A DNA stretch of 60,465 nucleotides, counting the filler, from Sphacelaria rigidula (taxonomy: Eukaryota): the NCBI GenBank assembly GCA_964200075.2. It is 8 parts of 8 records of this genome, joined end to end, with 100 filler letters (N's around TTAATTAATTAA, not from the genome) between each part and the next. Parts side by side here need not be neighbours in the genome. Positions count along the whole stretch, not along the records: positions 7,572 to 15,042 come from CAXNAA020014776.1; positions 15,143 to 22,613 come from CAXNAA020014777.1; positions 22,714 to 30,184 come from CAXNAA020014778.1; 5 more parts are not named here. One strand, written 5' to 3'. Below are positions 13,123 through 25,993 of the stretch, one piece after another. Positions within the stretch are counted from its first letter, which is position 1. The number at the start of each line of letters is the position of its first letter. Under the pieces are notes generated by a model, which did not search any database, had not been told where the DNA came from, and saw only the letters and a program-made list of their open reading frames with translations. Position numbers and translations under genes: made by a program.

Positions 13123-14345
13123 GTGAGGCCTGCTGCTGCTGTGATTGCAGTGCGTCGCAGGCGGCCATGCGACCTTCTCCGTTCAATCCAAATGCGGCGA
13201 CGGCCATCTACCAAAACCTATGAGCGTTTCAAATACTGCAAGGCTTTCGAAACGGACGACCCATCATTATATTCGATCCCCAGCTGGCGGCTGCGCTTCC
13301 CTACGTTCCAACCTCCAACGACGGTGTGTCTGAAAGATCACACACACACAGACAAGAACCTCGGAATACTGGTAGTCGCCGGGGGGAACAGAAATCATTC
13401 TTCGCCACTACTCCTGTTGCTTCCAACAAGGCATCAGAACTCATCGCACTCGGTAGTCCTCGTCGTCAAACACGGCACTCGGCAGTCGGCGGTCGCTCAT
13501 TCACGTCTAGGCCTTCCCGAGAGAGTTTACGTCGCCTGCTGCTGCTGTGATTGCAATGCGGCGCAGCCGGCCAAATGACCCTCTCCGTTCAATCACACTT
13601 CGACTATGGCCGTCTACCACAACCTATGAGCGTTTCGAAAACTGCAAGGGTTTCGAAACGGACGACCTACCATCACATTCGATCCCCAGCTGGCGGCTGC
13701 GCTTCCTTACGTGCCAACCTCCAACGACGGTGTGTCGGAGAGATCACACACATACGGACAAAAACTTCGGAATACAAGATCTCCGCCAATACCCAACCAA
13801 GATGAACGTGTGACACTTCTAACGAAACATCTTGTTCATTAGCATTACATTAATACCATTGCTGTTGCTTCCATTGCCTACGCGGGTACAAATCGTGGCA
13901 AAAACGTTGTAGGGGCTACGCTACATGAAATTCGTATACCAGGTAGAACCTCTATTCGAAATTTCTTATTATTTCCGAACCTGTCTTTAGTCCGAGAAGA
14001 TCAACCATGTTTTCAAACACACCGGCGTCGACTTCCACCAAGCTCACAACACCTACAGGCGTGCCGAGCATGCCGGACATCGTGCGGGTACTTCTCCTAC
14101 TTCTCGCTGTCACAACGAGGGTGCGAAATTCAAATGCAAACAACGGCGAAATACCCCGGTCACGCGGCAGACCGTCTGTCCGTAGTCGCCGGGGGGAACA
14201 GAGATCGTTCTTCGCCACTACTCCTGTTGCTTCCAACGAGGCACCAGAACTTATCGCACTCGGTGGTCCTCGTCGTCGTCTAACACGGCACTCTGTCGGC
14301 GATCGCCCATCTACGTCTACGCCTCTCACCCGAGAGAGTTTACGT
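13123..14345. repeat. Mosaic local duplications
   Basis: About 13125-13370 resembles 13535-13775, and about 13372-13532 resembles 14182-14345. Confidence 0.8.
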
Positions 14346-15511
14346 CTGGAGCGAATGTCTCTCATGGTTCCGCAGCAAGATTCTTCAAACACTGGTCAGC
14401 GTCAGCTAGAGAGTCAACAAAACGCCAGGGATCGCCGAAACGCTAACCGTCGCACAAGGCGACAAACACTGAGGTATTTTATCCTTCATACGTTCATTCA
14501 TTTGATATTGTACACAGCACACGCAGACGTACAGGTCTTCAGTTTACAGAATATTGATCCTACGAAATTTCCAAAATGTTTCCAAAATTCCAACTGAAAA
14601 ATTCCCTCCACATCCTCCGATGTTCCACTTGCCTGTTCATCAATCACAGCGATGCCGACCGCGACAGAGCCAACGATACGCGTAGACAGCAGAGAGCTGC
14701 CATGAGGTATGTCATTCCTCTGTTCATAATCAAATATTTTTAATGCTCGATTACACACATGCACTGCTGCTAAATTAGCTGTATTCTACCATGATGAGCT
14801 CTTTTTTTTTTGCTCGATCTACAGTTGATGTGTTTTGAGGCGACAAACATTGAGGTATTTTATCCTTCAAACGTTCATTCATTTGATATTGTACACAGCA
14901 CGCGCAGACGTACATGTCTTCAGTTTACACAATATTGATCCTACGAAATTTCCAAAATGTTTCCAAAATTCCAACTGAAAAATTCCCTCCACATCCTCCG
15001 ATGTTCCACTTGCCTGTTCATCAATCACAGCGATGCCGACCGNNNNNNNNNNNNNNNNNNNNNNNNNNNNNNNNNNNNNNNNNNNNTTAATTAATTAANN
15101 NNNNNNNNNNNNNNNNNNNNNNNNNNNNNNNNNNNNNNNNNNAATAATAATCGTTTGGTTCACCCTGTGTTCTACAAACACAATTACGCCCCCTGCGCGG
15201 GGGGGGGGGGGGGGGGGGGGGGGGGCATCCCGTATCCCACCTCCGAATGTTGTCTTGGAAAAATGTAAATTCAGAACCCTCTACTCGATCGAGTGCGTGA
15301 TACAACTACCTCGGTCACTGCTCAGGGAAGGAGTATGATCACTTCTATATCCACGCTGTTATTCCCGGCGTCGGCACAGATTCAAATACATACCATTCTC
15401 GGGTGCCAGTATGACATACACACACTACAGTATGGCATAGCATACAGTGACACATAGAATTACCTAAAAACTAACCGGGGCCGTGTAACACCTGCACCAA
15501 AACCGTAACAC

Positions 15512-15850
15512 AAAACGGCACCAACGCGTTTTGCTCACACAAAATGTGCGTGCGTGTGACCGCGCACCTTTTTCAACAAATGAGAAGTTGTCAAGCTGTG
15601 TACTGTCATCTCCGACCGGCGTCGACATCCTCCCAGTCACGTCGCCAAGACCCTCTCGATCACCCCTGCTGTCGCCGCTGAGCAAAACGGCACCAACGCT
15701 CTTTGATGACACAAAATATGCGTGCGTGTGACCGCGCACCTTTTTCAACAAACGAGAAGTTGCCAAGCTATGTACTGTAATCTCTGATTGGCGTCGACAC
15801 CCTCCCAGCCACGTCGCCAAGACCCTCGACCACCCCTGTTGTCGCTGCTA
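15512..15850. repeat. Tandem duplication, about 172-bp unit x2
   Basis: AAAACGGCACCAACGC...GTCGCCAAGACCCT unit at 15512 and 15684. Confidence 0.85.
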
Positions 15851-16984
15851 CTCAGCGATTTAGGCGTTCAGGATTCCTCCCATGCCGAAGTGAATTGCAG
15901 TCAGAAGTCCTTTACGCATACGGTCCTCGGTGCTGTACGGAGGGAGCTCCAAGGAGAAGAAGCAGGTGTGACTCACCTAGGCGACAAGCAATATAGCGCA
16001 CGCAGGAGGGCAACCTCAATGGACGGTCATTTGGGGACAAAGTTGCCACATTCCACGAATGGGTCGTATTTCGAACACAGTGTTCGAGCTTCACGGTACA
16101 AAATACAAACACAAACCAAACTGTGTATGGGATCACCGTGTATCAGAGTGGTGAGAGTGAGTGTCAGGCAGTACACCGACTAGAGACGATGAGCTCATTA
16201 CTGTACAAGACAAGACAAATGATGAGTGGAGAAGAACACAAGTTGGTCTGATGCACTTTGAAGAACTGTTACCGGCATTGTGTATCGGAACTGATCATAT
16301 TGAAGCTGCGGTGATGTTGTAAATTCATTGGCAATCGACATCGACCAATACAAACTGGGTCCGGCAAAAAATAAACAAGATCCATCCACCAGACCCTGTT
16401 CATCTTAGTTTTGCCTCCGTGGTCGAGGTGATTCGGTGTCATTCACGACGAGCTGGGCCAGCCTAAAAACGGATTTAAGCTCTAAAAGCAATATCTCATC
16501 GACACNNNNNNNNNNGTGATCCGCATATCGTATTAATCGTCTAATCAAGGGGAAGGTGCACATCTGCTCAAAAGTTTGGGCTCATATTTCCTCGTTGATT
16601 AAACCACATGTCTAGTGATTCCTATACCTAAGGGAGATAGCGCCAATACTAAAATATCTATGAAACTCCCGATCGATGTATTTAGCGGATAGCGACGAAT
16701 TTTGGTGTGGAGAACCACAAAAGAGTGCCGAAAAAAAAAAAAGGACGTTCCATTTTTTTTCATAGGGTAGGGCGTTCTCGTGATATATGTATGGTCTTTA
16801 CCATAGTAGAACGCCCTAAGCCAGTGAAAAAAATTTGAAAAAGACAACCTGAACCACTTTTTTTTGTTAATTATGCCTTAGAGAGTGCCCACACAAAATT
16901 TCAATACACAAAAACCAAACGTGGGCCGGGGAGTGGCCTGCGAAATACTGTTCCGAATTTCGACCGACCCCGTTTTTGGAAGGC

Positions 16985-17250
16985 GAATGCGCCGGCCAAT
17001 ATTTAGAGTTGGAGCGTAAAAATTTGTATGGACAATGCATAGGGAATGAAAAAAGAATAAAGAAGCAACATCATTTTTTTTCGTGAGTTAAGGGCAATAA
17101 TCAGTTTTTAGGTATCAGTTTTCAGGCATCAGTAAAATGCTCTTCACACACCAAAAAGATACTGGTGCTTCTTGAATATACGTCTTCCCCCTCATTAATT
17201 TTTCATACCAAATTTTGGGCTCCAACTCTAAATATTGGCTGGCGTACTCC
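16985..17250. mobile_element. Fold-back/MITE-like element
   Basis: Inverted arms GCCGGCCAATATTTAGAGTTGGAGC / GCTCCAACTCTAAATATTGGCTGGC. Confidence 0.55.
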
Positions 17251-17854
17251 CGTGCAAACTTCAAATCCGCCTCTAGGGCTGGCCCAGCTCGTATATATAT
17301 ATTTTATATATACATATATATATATGCACGAAAACTAAGCGCAAGAAGAGAGGGTATAAAAGCGATGGAATGGACAAAAAAATGTAAGAAAAAATGAACT
17401 TATTGGAGGAAAAAACTCAGGTACATGACAAAAATAATGTGAAAAAACAAGTGGTGTGAGACATGAGAAACAGGAAAAGAAAACGAGAAGACAAGATTAT
17501 AGAGGAAACCGCGGTGGGCGTGTCAACTGGACCACAGTATACTGTCGATGAAACTGAAACTGGTGTTGAATAAAGTGGAACGGGCGACGAGGGTGCAGAA
17601 CTGTCGGGTACTGTATGGGAGGCGTACAACAGAAAAACCGTACCGGCAATCGGGTATTTCTTCAAGAAGAGAGTATACCCGCGCTCCAGATACGGGTAAA
17701 TATTATGTGCATCACTCACAGCACTGTTGTCGGGTGCGGTGAATATGAGGGAAAATACCCTGGGTATAGAGAAAATCGTACCCTACAGAACGCGACTTTG
17801 GAAAGTTTGACAAACAAGTCAACACAATCAAACGTGAATCTGAGGATCGCATTG

Positions 17855-18529
17855 CACACGCGGCCACTTGGTCAACAGACGTTACCAACTGGTCGGAAAA
17901 AATGGTTGAAATTAAAACATACTCGTTTTAGTCTTAGTCGTGGCGATGGATGAAACCAACAGATACAGGTGAGCAGTGGTGGGCAGTAGACCCAGCTTGT
18001 CCAGAACGTTTTTTGTTCCAAAATCGGCTGAAAGGCGTCGATTTGAGCTCTGGCAACGCACACTTTGCCTCGAGAATACTCTGCACCCCCTTGCCCGAGT
18101 GTTCTCGGTATGCCTTGGTAGGGGTTAGGGTTAGGGTTAGCGTTAGGGTTGGCGGCATCTCCGTAGTGCGTCAACAATTTTTTCCGACCAGTTGGTAAAG
18201 AGGCCTCCATTTGGCCACCTCCAAAATTCCTGCAGGTGGGTGAACTTTTCGAGCCTCCAGAGGAATTAAACGCCCCCGGAGGGGTGCGCGGTCCTCCAGA
18301 GGATACTTTTTGGTCCCTCCAGAGAGATTATACACCCCTGGAGGCTAGTTTTTGCCTCTGGAGGGCCGCGCATACCCTCACATTTCTCCGGAGGGGTGCG
18401 CGGCCCTCCGGGTCGGGGGAGTTTGGTGTCCTCCAGAGCGATTGAAGGCCTCCGGAGGCGTGTTTTCCCCCTGGAGGGCCGCGCGTCCTTCCGGAGACAT
18501 TTTGGGGGTTAGCCGAATGGTCGCATGTG
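17855..18529. mobile_element. Non-autonomous CACTA/CMC-like DNA element, 2-bp TSD (TG), carrying a nested MITE
   Basis: TIRs CACACGCGGCCA / TGGTCGCATGTG, with TG at 17853-54 and 18530-31. Many subterminal CTCCAGAG/CTCCGGAG repeats. The empty site CGCATTG|CCCTCGC is in the paralogous repeat at about 55330. Confidence 0.7.
17881..18199. mobile_element. Nested TIR element containing (TTAGGG)-like repeats
   Basis: TIRs TTACCAACTGGTCGGAAAAAAT / ATTTTTTCCGACCAGTTGGTAA. Internal GGGTTAGGGTTAGGGTTAGCGTTAGGG. A related internal sequence lies at about 20160-20320. Confidence 0.7.
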
Positions 18530-19198
18530 TGCCCTCGCAAACCAAACCACACTGTTTCATCCATTGCTGCTCATCAGCTGAGTATGCTGTGCATGATCTC
18601 CCTCAAATCGGTTCAGAATTCAATGAGAAATGATGCTTTGCGTGAGCCGAGCGCACAGCACACGCTCACGAAACAGTCACGACTGCACGTTTTCAATTGC
18701 TATTTGACACGCACGCGGCCGTCTCTCATCCATTACTGACTGGATTTCCGTCAAACGAAGACTGCCGTGTGTAGATGATGGAGAGCTAGCGCTTGAGCTA
18801 GCGCGCGTCAGTGATCGGTGTCTATGCGTGGGTTTTCGTGGCTCGGTGTGTCGGCGCTGTGTTACCTCGTTGCGTCTTGTCCGCAGCAGTGCAGAGATAT
18901 TTGACGAACGGCCGTTCTAGACCCCAGTTTGGTTTTTCACTGGGGACGAGTGAGCAGCTCCGGGTTAGTCCGACTTGATTTTTATATAAAGACCGAAATC
19001 CAGATCTTGAATGGGGCTGTGCTCCAAGCAGCGCACGTTTTTGTCTAGCAAGAAGTGGTCAAGGCACCTCCTTCCAGAACCGCTGCATTTTTGTACCGGA
19101 GTGCAGATCTGGGCTTCGATCTGGACAAAACTGCTTGTCGATAATACTCAGCACCGGTAGTTGTAGGGCAATCACTTCTCCAAAAGAGGTTTAATTAA

Positions 19199-19295
19199 CC
19201 CTCAGACCGCGAGATTAGTCTTCCTGGATCATGCATACTTTTTTCACTTGAAATTGATGCCGATTCGACAGGAGACTAACCTCGCACTCTAAGGG
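19199..19295. mobile_element. piggyBac-type micro-MITE (97 bp), TTAA TSD
   Basis: TTAA|CCCTCAGACCGCGAG...CTCGCACTCTAAGGG|TTAA. Confidence 0.8.
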
Positions 19296-21805
19296 TTAAT
19301 GAAAAGTGATAGTCACTTCCGGTTTAGACCCTCCAGTCAATTGAAGCAGAGTATGTATGTGTGCCGCATGTGTTCGCTGGATATACAACGGTAACACACA
19401 GCATAGGTGGGCCAGCATTGTTGTCACGATATCGACCGTGGCATCATCTTTCACGACAAGGCATTATCATGGAAACTTTACGTCTACGGTCATCATGTGC
19501 TATAATGATGGAGTGTCCTGCACTGTGTTAGCCTAGGGTACCACGGTACGACACTGTTCTCGAAGGAGTATCCGCCGCCTGCCTGCTCGTCGGCTTCAGA
19601 TGCACGCAGTACCACACTCACCCGGAAAATGGCCGTCTGTGTTCGGAACTATTTCACAAACCCGTGGAACAATAAAATGTCTTCTCCCGATTTTGTGTTC
19701 GTAAACACTTTGAAGTATGGACTGTGAATGCCACCGATTTTAAAGAAGTTTGGGCCTCCAGGAAATCGAGACCGTTGCCATCATGAAAGTCTATCTGAAC
19801 ACCGAATTTCGGGTTCTGATGTTGTACGATGTCTATTCAAGATTCTGCGCACTGCATATCGGAAGCATTCATCGACTACCGGTGGTCGTATAGTTGAGGC
19901 ATGTCAAACTCGAGATTGCCGACATATTTCATAGCAATTTTCACATAAATCGAGGATTGCATCCGTTGAACCGCGAGGGTAGTCCATCTCGATAATGCAT
20001 AGTTCTTTCAAGTGAAATTTTACCGACTCAACACATGACCTACTTTTGCGTCTCAGTATAGTCGGACCACTTGGGATGGGTGAGTAGCCCGATGACCTGA
20101 TTCAAGTGAGGAAACGGAAATTCGGATCTTTAATGGGAACATTGCAAGCGTGCTCCTAGGGTGCGGAGAACGCGTTTTTGTCTAAACTGGCGCCTTGGGC
20201 GCCGATTTGAGGTCTGGCAATAACGCACCCTTTGCCTAGGGGAGACTCTACACCCCCCTTGTCCGAGGATTCTCGGTATGCTTTGGTTGGGGTTAGGATT
20301 AGTGTTGGTGTTAGTGTTATTCGAAATCATAAATTTCGGAGCTGCTCATCCCTCGTTAACAAACCTCTATTGTCCAAGGGTCAAACCCAAGGCAAATGTG
20401 AAGACCTCTTCGCTATGCTCTTTGGTATCCTGATCGTTACAAATGTGTGAATGACCGCACGTGCGCTGCTGTTCACCAAAAGTATGGTCAGACATACGCC
20501 GTGACCACCCTCTGCTCACCGCACAAACGTATCTTCGTCTCGATCCAGCTGGCCTCCTCCCCCTCGCGAAATAGTTATAGCGTCGCAGTTATACCAATAT
20601 GAAAGTGAATAATGAATGAATGACCTGGCGAACGGTAACTCGAAGAGATCAGGCGTAGACTCCCCGTGCGACACAACGTGCTGCACATATCAAACGGACA
20701 ATCATTGAGGTAACTTTACCACTTGGTAGGTATTGAATATAGTTCTCGGAAAATTACGCTTTGTGCAAGTAAGTGCTGATTATCATAGTCTGTCACCTCT
20801 TTCGTGACAGTCCCGAACAAATTGCGCCGCTTTCCAGCAAGAGCGAGCACACACACACACACACACACATACACGCACGGACACTGCGCAGCATGCCTGC
20901 TGCCCCTGGACGTGCCAAGGTACTGCAGTGCACCAGCGTGGAAGAGAAGACCTCACTTGATACATACATTATTCTGGCCACATGTGCACGCTTTCGAGTA
21001 CTGTACAACAGTAGCAGTCGCGCAGCACACCTCCCAGCATACCTCCCGCTGCAAATGTTGTGCGGGTGATATAGCGCCGAGGGCAAAGCGACACGGCTCG
21101 ACACAGCTTGATTGTCCATGTTAACGCTGCGTCATCACACCACAGCGAAATTGTGGGCTTGCACCCAAGAGAGGTTGGGCATGGGTAGCAGCGATGGTGT
21201 GTGGTTGAGTGAATTCCATGCTGTACTGGCGGGAAATCATACCGTTCTGGCGGGAAACTACAGCGATAACCGAAACTCCGTCCTCCGTGGAGGAGGCGGG
21301 CTTGTTGCCGAGGGAGTGGACGGGATACCTTCGGCCCGTTTTCTTCGGTCAATACTCAACACACGGGCGACAGCGCTCATCCCCCGACAGTATACTCCGT
21401 ACAATACGATCCTGCGTCTTCTACCAGGCAATCCTTTTGGTTGTAAATGGGTTTGGTTGTTCTGAACCGAAACTGGTCGTTGGGGGCATTCCAAGCGGCA
21501 CTACTGCATCGCAGGATGGGGCTAAACACCAAACGAGACATATCGCTTCTTAGATCGGGGGAAGGGGGGGGAGGCATGGGGGGAATGCTGTCGAGCGGAC
21601 GGTTTATCGGCGGAGGTGGTGGCAGAGGCGGTCGCGATAGGAACGACGCCGGAAGGGGAGGCGGTAGCGTAGAGTTGTGGTTATGTGCAAGGTGCAAGGT
21701 GGTAAACCAGCCATGACCCCATCTTATGAAGCCCCGTGTGTTCAACCGTCCCAGAATACCCGAAGAAGGGTATGATCATGGGGGTATGGGGGGGGAGGGA
21801 ACGGG

Positions 21806-21840
<35 letters not shown>

Positions 21841-22859
21841 GAGCGGCCGCTAGAAGGGGGTTATAGGCAGAAACAGGAGCGGGGACAGGCACGGAGACGG
21901 GAGCGGGGGCAGGCGCAGTGGCAGCGGGGGTAGGGGGGGTGGGCACGGGAACGGGGGCGGCGGCGGCCGCGGTGGCTGGAGGGTGTATGACTCTACGATC
22001 TCTGCGTTCGATGCTTCAGAGGCAAGGCTGAGCATAACTCGTGAGTTCACCCGAGGACTGTACAGTTATGCGCGCCCTTTGCTTGTACTACGTTATTAGC
22101 GCCATCCGCAGTTAAGGGCCGCTTGCCTTGTCCAGCTGGGAAAAAAAATCATAAGCCGCTTTTTGATTCGCCCAGAGGAACCCTTAACCGTCGTCCAAGG
22201 AGCTGTACGTAAAAAGAAACGGTTCAGAATCGCCTCGAATTCGTTTATTTACCGTGCGTGTGAATTTTTCGTATTTTTTTACCTCCTCGGCACTCGATTC
22301 CGTTTCGCCGAGACGGGGAGGCAGGGGGGAAGGGGTACCGTATCATTTACGACACTGTTGGGACAAAAAATCAGGTTGGTTCGACTTGGACATTTCTCTG
22401 CGATGGAAACTTCAACTTGACTGTCTAGGTTCGACCTGAATTTTTTTACGGTAAATGCCGTGGTTGGCGACATATCCATGACACAACAACTGGAACGACA
22501 ACAAGAAAACAAGTGTGTGATGAAGCTCAGAGGCGTTGCAAGATATACTCTGTGCGGGTCTGCTCGTAGACCCTGGATTCCGTAACGCGTTGTTATCGCG
22601 TTTGCTACTGTCANNNNNNNNNNNNNNNNNNNNNNNNNNNNNNNNNNNNNNNNNNNNTTAATTAATTAANNNNNNNNNNNNNNNNNNNNNNNNNNNNNNN
22701 NNNNNNNNNNNNNGCCCCTCCCCTCACTACTACTGTTCCGGGCCCTGTCACCCAACACATTCCAGGACTACAGCACCTACGGGGATACGCGTGACGGTGA
22801 GAGTGCAGAGCGAGTGCTGTCCGGCCGTGAGCCCACGCTGAACGTGTGTGGTGTGGTGT

Positions 22860-22899
<40 letters not shown>

Positions 22900-23016
22900 T
22901 TGTGTGCTTTGCCTCCCGGACAGGAGTGATTTTTAGTGTGACTTCATGTGCAGCCAAACCCCCGATCTTTGCTCTGTTCCACTGGGTGATGGATCGCCTC
23001 CGCCTTCTCACTGCGT

Positions 23017-23235
23017 TGTAATGCGTGAGAGGACCGCGTGCTTGGAGGAATGCATCGGAATTTCAACATCCCTGTTGCTGGGGTTAGGGTTTTAGGGTTA
23101 GGGTTAGTGTTGAGGTTAGGGTCAGGGGCATGGTACCTCCAGGGACTGACCCGATTGGTTTTGAAAAACGTCGATCTTGAGGTATTTGGGACTACAGCGC
23201 GGTCCACTAAGCACGCGGTCCTCTCACGCATTACA
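23017..23235. mobile_element. MITE with TGT...ACA ends and 4-bp TSD (Ginger-like), carrying TTAGGG repeats
   Basis: 27-bp TIR TGTAATGCGTGAGAGGACCGCGTGCTT. GCGT at 23013-16 and 23236-39. Superfamily is inferred from the ends and TSD length only. Confidence 0.75.
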
Positions 23236-25591
23236 GCGTGACAAACAGAGACGCCGTCCCTTCAGTTGAGAGTCTGTTGACACGAATAAAGAGGGGTCTT
23301 GTGGCGATAGTCTGGGAGGAATGATGTTCACGTGTCCAGTTTTTGAAGGACGTGACGAGGGATGTCAGGTGTAACTCGTCGCGCGGCGAAACACTGAAAT
23401 CCGTTGTTTTGAAATACGACGGGTACTCGATCCCGATCGGAATCGATCGGGACCTCGGCTCAACAGTTACCTGGCCCGAAAAGAGAGATCGCGACGCGCT
23501 TGAGCGGTACTGGCGTCATACGTCAACCCATTCTAGTCATCGAGTCATCGAAGTCGCTGGCGTAGGATGTGACCCCCACCCGCCGTGTAGGTGAAGGTTT
23601 TGCAATAAGAGATGGTCGACACACACCCGTATTGACGAGGGCGTTGAGCCCATGATGCGTGGGAGGACCGCGCGCTTTCTTCACCGCATCGTGGACGATT
23701 TTTTACACTTCTCGGTCTGGTCAATACCTGCGAGGACCGCGCTCATGACTTCCACCCCAACAATAACCCTTTTCAGGTGAAGAGAGTATGCGGTCATCCC
23801 ACACACAGAGTCACAGAGCCTGTGCGTTGTGCCTGGCGAGCACAGAAATGACCGCCGTTTATCACTTTCCTTTCGGGATTGATTGATCCACAGAGAGCGA
23901 TCGTCTCGTGGGAGTACACCCGGTGAACAGGATGTTGTTGACGAAGAGGCTGTGCGGATGCGCGGCCGGGATCATCTTCTGCTTGGCTTTTTTCGCACGT
24001 TCAGCTATAGCCGGTGAGTCGCGCACTTTTTGTCGCGAGTTTGACGGCATCTCGCCAACTGCTGATGTAGGCGTGAGGAAGTTGCTGGATCGCGAACGGC
24101 ACACATTAGTGTAGGATGTTGTCCAGATCCTAGACGTCGATCCCGGCGCTTGGTTGGAGTCCACCTTTGCGGCGCTGACTCCGCTGACGCCTCCGGCGTG
24201 CTCTTTCGGTGTGTTGTGTTCCCGGCGCTTGCATGGCCGGGCGATTTTCAGCGCCCGAACCCGATTCATGTTTTTGATCCCACCACTGCCAGGACAAACG
24301 GCCGAGGCGGTGGCACTGCGGGAAGAAAAGGGACCGACAGCCTTGGCCCCGGTGTCTTTTTCTGGAGGCCCCTCAACACGAGCATCAGGGCAAGGTGAGC
24401 CTCTAGGCAGGGTGAGGAGGTTTGGTGGTGAACCCTGGTCGTTGCCGTGTCGTGGACGAGAATCGATGGCGCGATCATGCACGTGGCGTGGTCGAGGAGC
24501 TGCCCGACGTTGGTGCCGCCGCTGACAAAGGCCGCCGGTATCGTGTCCCTAGTCGAGGTCGCTCCGCGCCGCCGTCGTTGTTGCATCGCACCTCCAGGTG
24601 AACAGGATGCCAGAATCCTCCGAAGGAAACGGCGCAGGAGGGGCAGAGGCAGGCGGAGAAGAAGAAGGGGGAGGAGGGGGAGGAGGGGGCGGAGGAGACG
24701 TCGTCGTGGGCGCAGAGGGCGAAGATTCCGTGGTGAGTGCACCGCCGACCGGGCAAATATCCCGTGCGCCACGTGTTACGCGAGGCTGATCAACCTGTCA
24801 CAGTACCTGTAAACGAGGCGAGTGACCTGTTGACATACAAATCACCACAGAGGCTTGTGTATGAAATCCACACTGCTCAACTGTCAGTAGACACGAACAA
24901 TCGGTTCAACTTGTGAACCCAGCCCAATGAGAGCTCTTGGAATTGCCGCTTTATCTGGGCGTCACTTGGATCAAACACACAAAACCCTTGGTTCCTCATG
25001 AAGGCAGAAACAGATGACGAGCTGATGGGCTTGCCTGGGGTGGGTCGCTTTGGAGAGTAGATTGCGTGGGGCTATTCCACTCTCTATTAATGAGACTCTT
25101 GGGCACTGTCCATCCAGACTCTTGGGCACTGTCCATCCAAACTGTCAATACCTCAGACTCTTGGGCACTGTCCATCCAAACTGTCCATCCAAACTCCCTT
25201 CTATTCGACGTATATGCTTATCCTCCTTGGTGTTGCTTACTTCGAATCTGTTTGCTTAACAGTGGTGAGTCTACTACACCCTTGATCCCAATATATCCTT
25301 GATATACGCTGCTGTACGTTGTGAAGACGAGCGCTGTTGTTGCTGCCTCTTACTACGCCGTTGAAAATTGCTATTCTTGTAGAATGTTATCTCCCATTCT
25401 GATCTACTGCATTAGACTTGACCGATGTTATCTCACTTTGACTGCTCCTTCTCTGCTTCCTACGCGAATCCTGGTCTACTTTTGCTCTCTTACCGACTAG
25501 CAGAGCTGTGCCCTGATACTACTGCTGTTGTATCTGTAGACGCTGAGCTACTCGGATCACCCTCATAGATGATTTTCACGCTCACACTCTT

Positions 25592-25993
25592 TCATATCGC
25601 GTTGTCACCAACATTCATTCGCACTTGAAGATCTCCCAAATCAACGTGCGGATCTGCTGAAGAAATAGTATCCACGCCCTTCTTGAGGGCTTCGCAAGGC
25701 GAAAATAAATGCTGCCCTAGTTTGGGTACTACGATGGGTGGCGAACGCACAGACCGCTTGTAGCCGTGGGTATCTACCACTATCGTGTGTAAAACGCCCT
25801 GACCTGTTCCTTGTAGCAGGTGCCCTGCTGCCGTTTTGACACTAAGGGATTGAACTCGACGTAATCTGACATTTTCCACTCTATGCCAGGTGGTTTCATC
25901 ACTGCCCACGCAGTGGGTGGCTGCCCCTACGTCGACTATTAGTGAAAACGATGTTGATATTGCTACTCTTATACTGCTACTACCTGAGGGCAA
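25592..25993 (-). pseudogene. Copia aspartic protease remnant
   Basis: ORF-track peptide LIVDVGAATHC...GTGQG...VVPKLGQHLFS matches the Copia protease pattern (DSGA-H ... VP-L--NLLS). Confidence 0.8.

Larger units (their letters stand above)
17815..19180. repeat. Dispersed repeat, paralog of 55300-55835
   Basis: Shared GTCAACACAATCAAACGTGAA, TTGCTGCTCATCAGCTGAG and CTTCGATCTGGACAAAACTGCTTGTCG. Confidence 0.85.

Noticed and set aside
14007-14597. 196-aa ORF and most other 60-200-aa ORFs in the track
   Set aside because: They overlap repeats or microsatellites, or are antisense to real exons or TEs, and show no recognisable domains.
14470-15042. Near-identical ~190-bp direct repeat as possible LTRs
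   Set aside because: The second copy runs into the contig end, and there are no TG..CA ends, PBS or TSD. It may be an assembly overlap or a simple tandem duplication.
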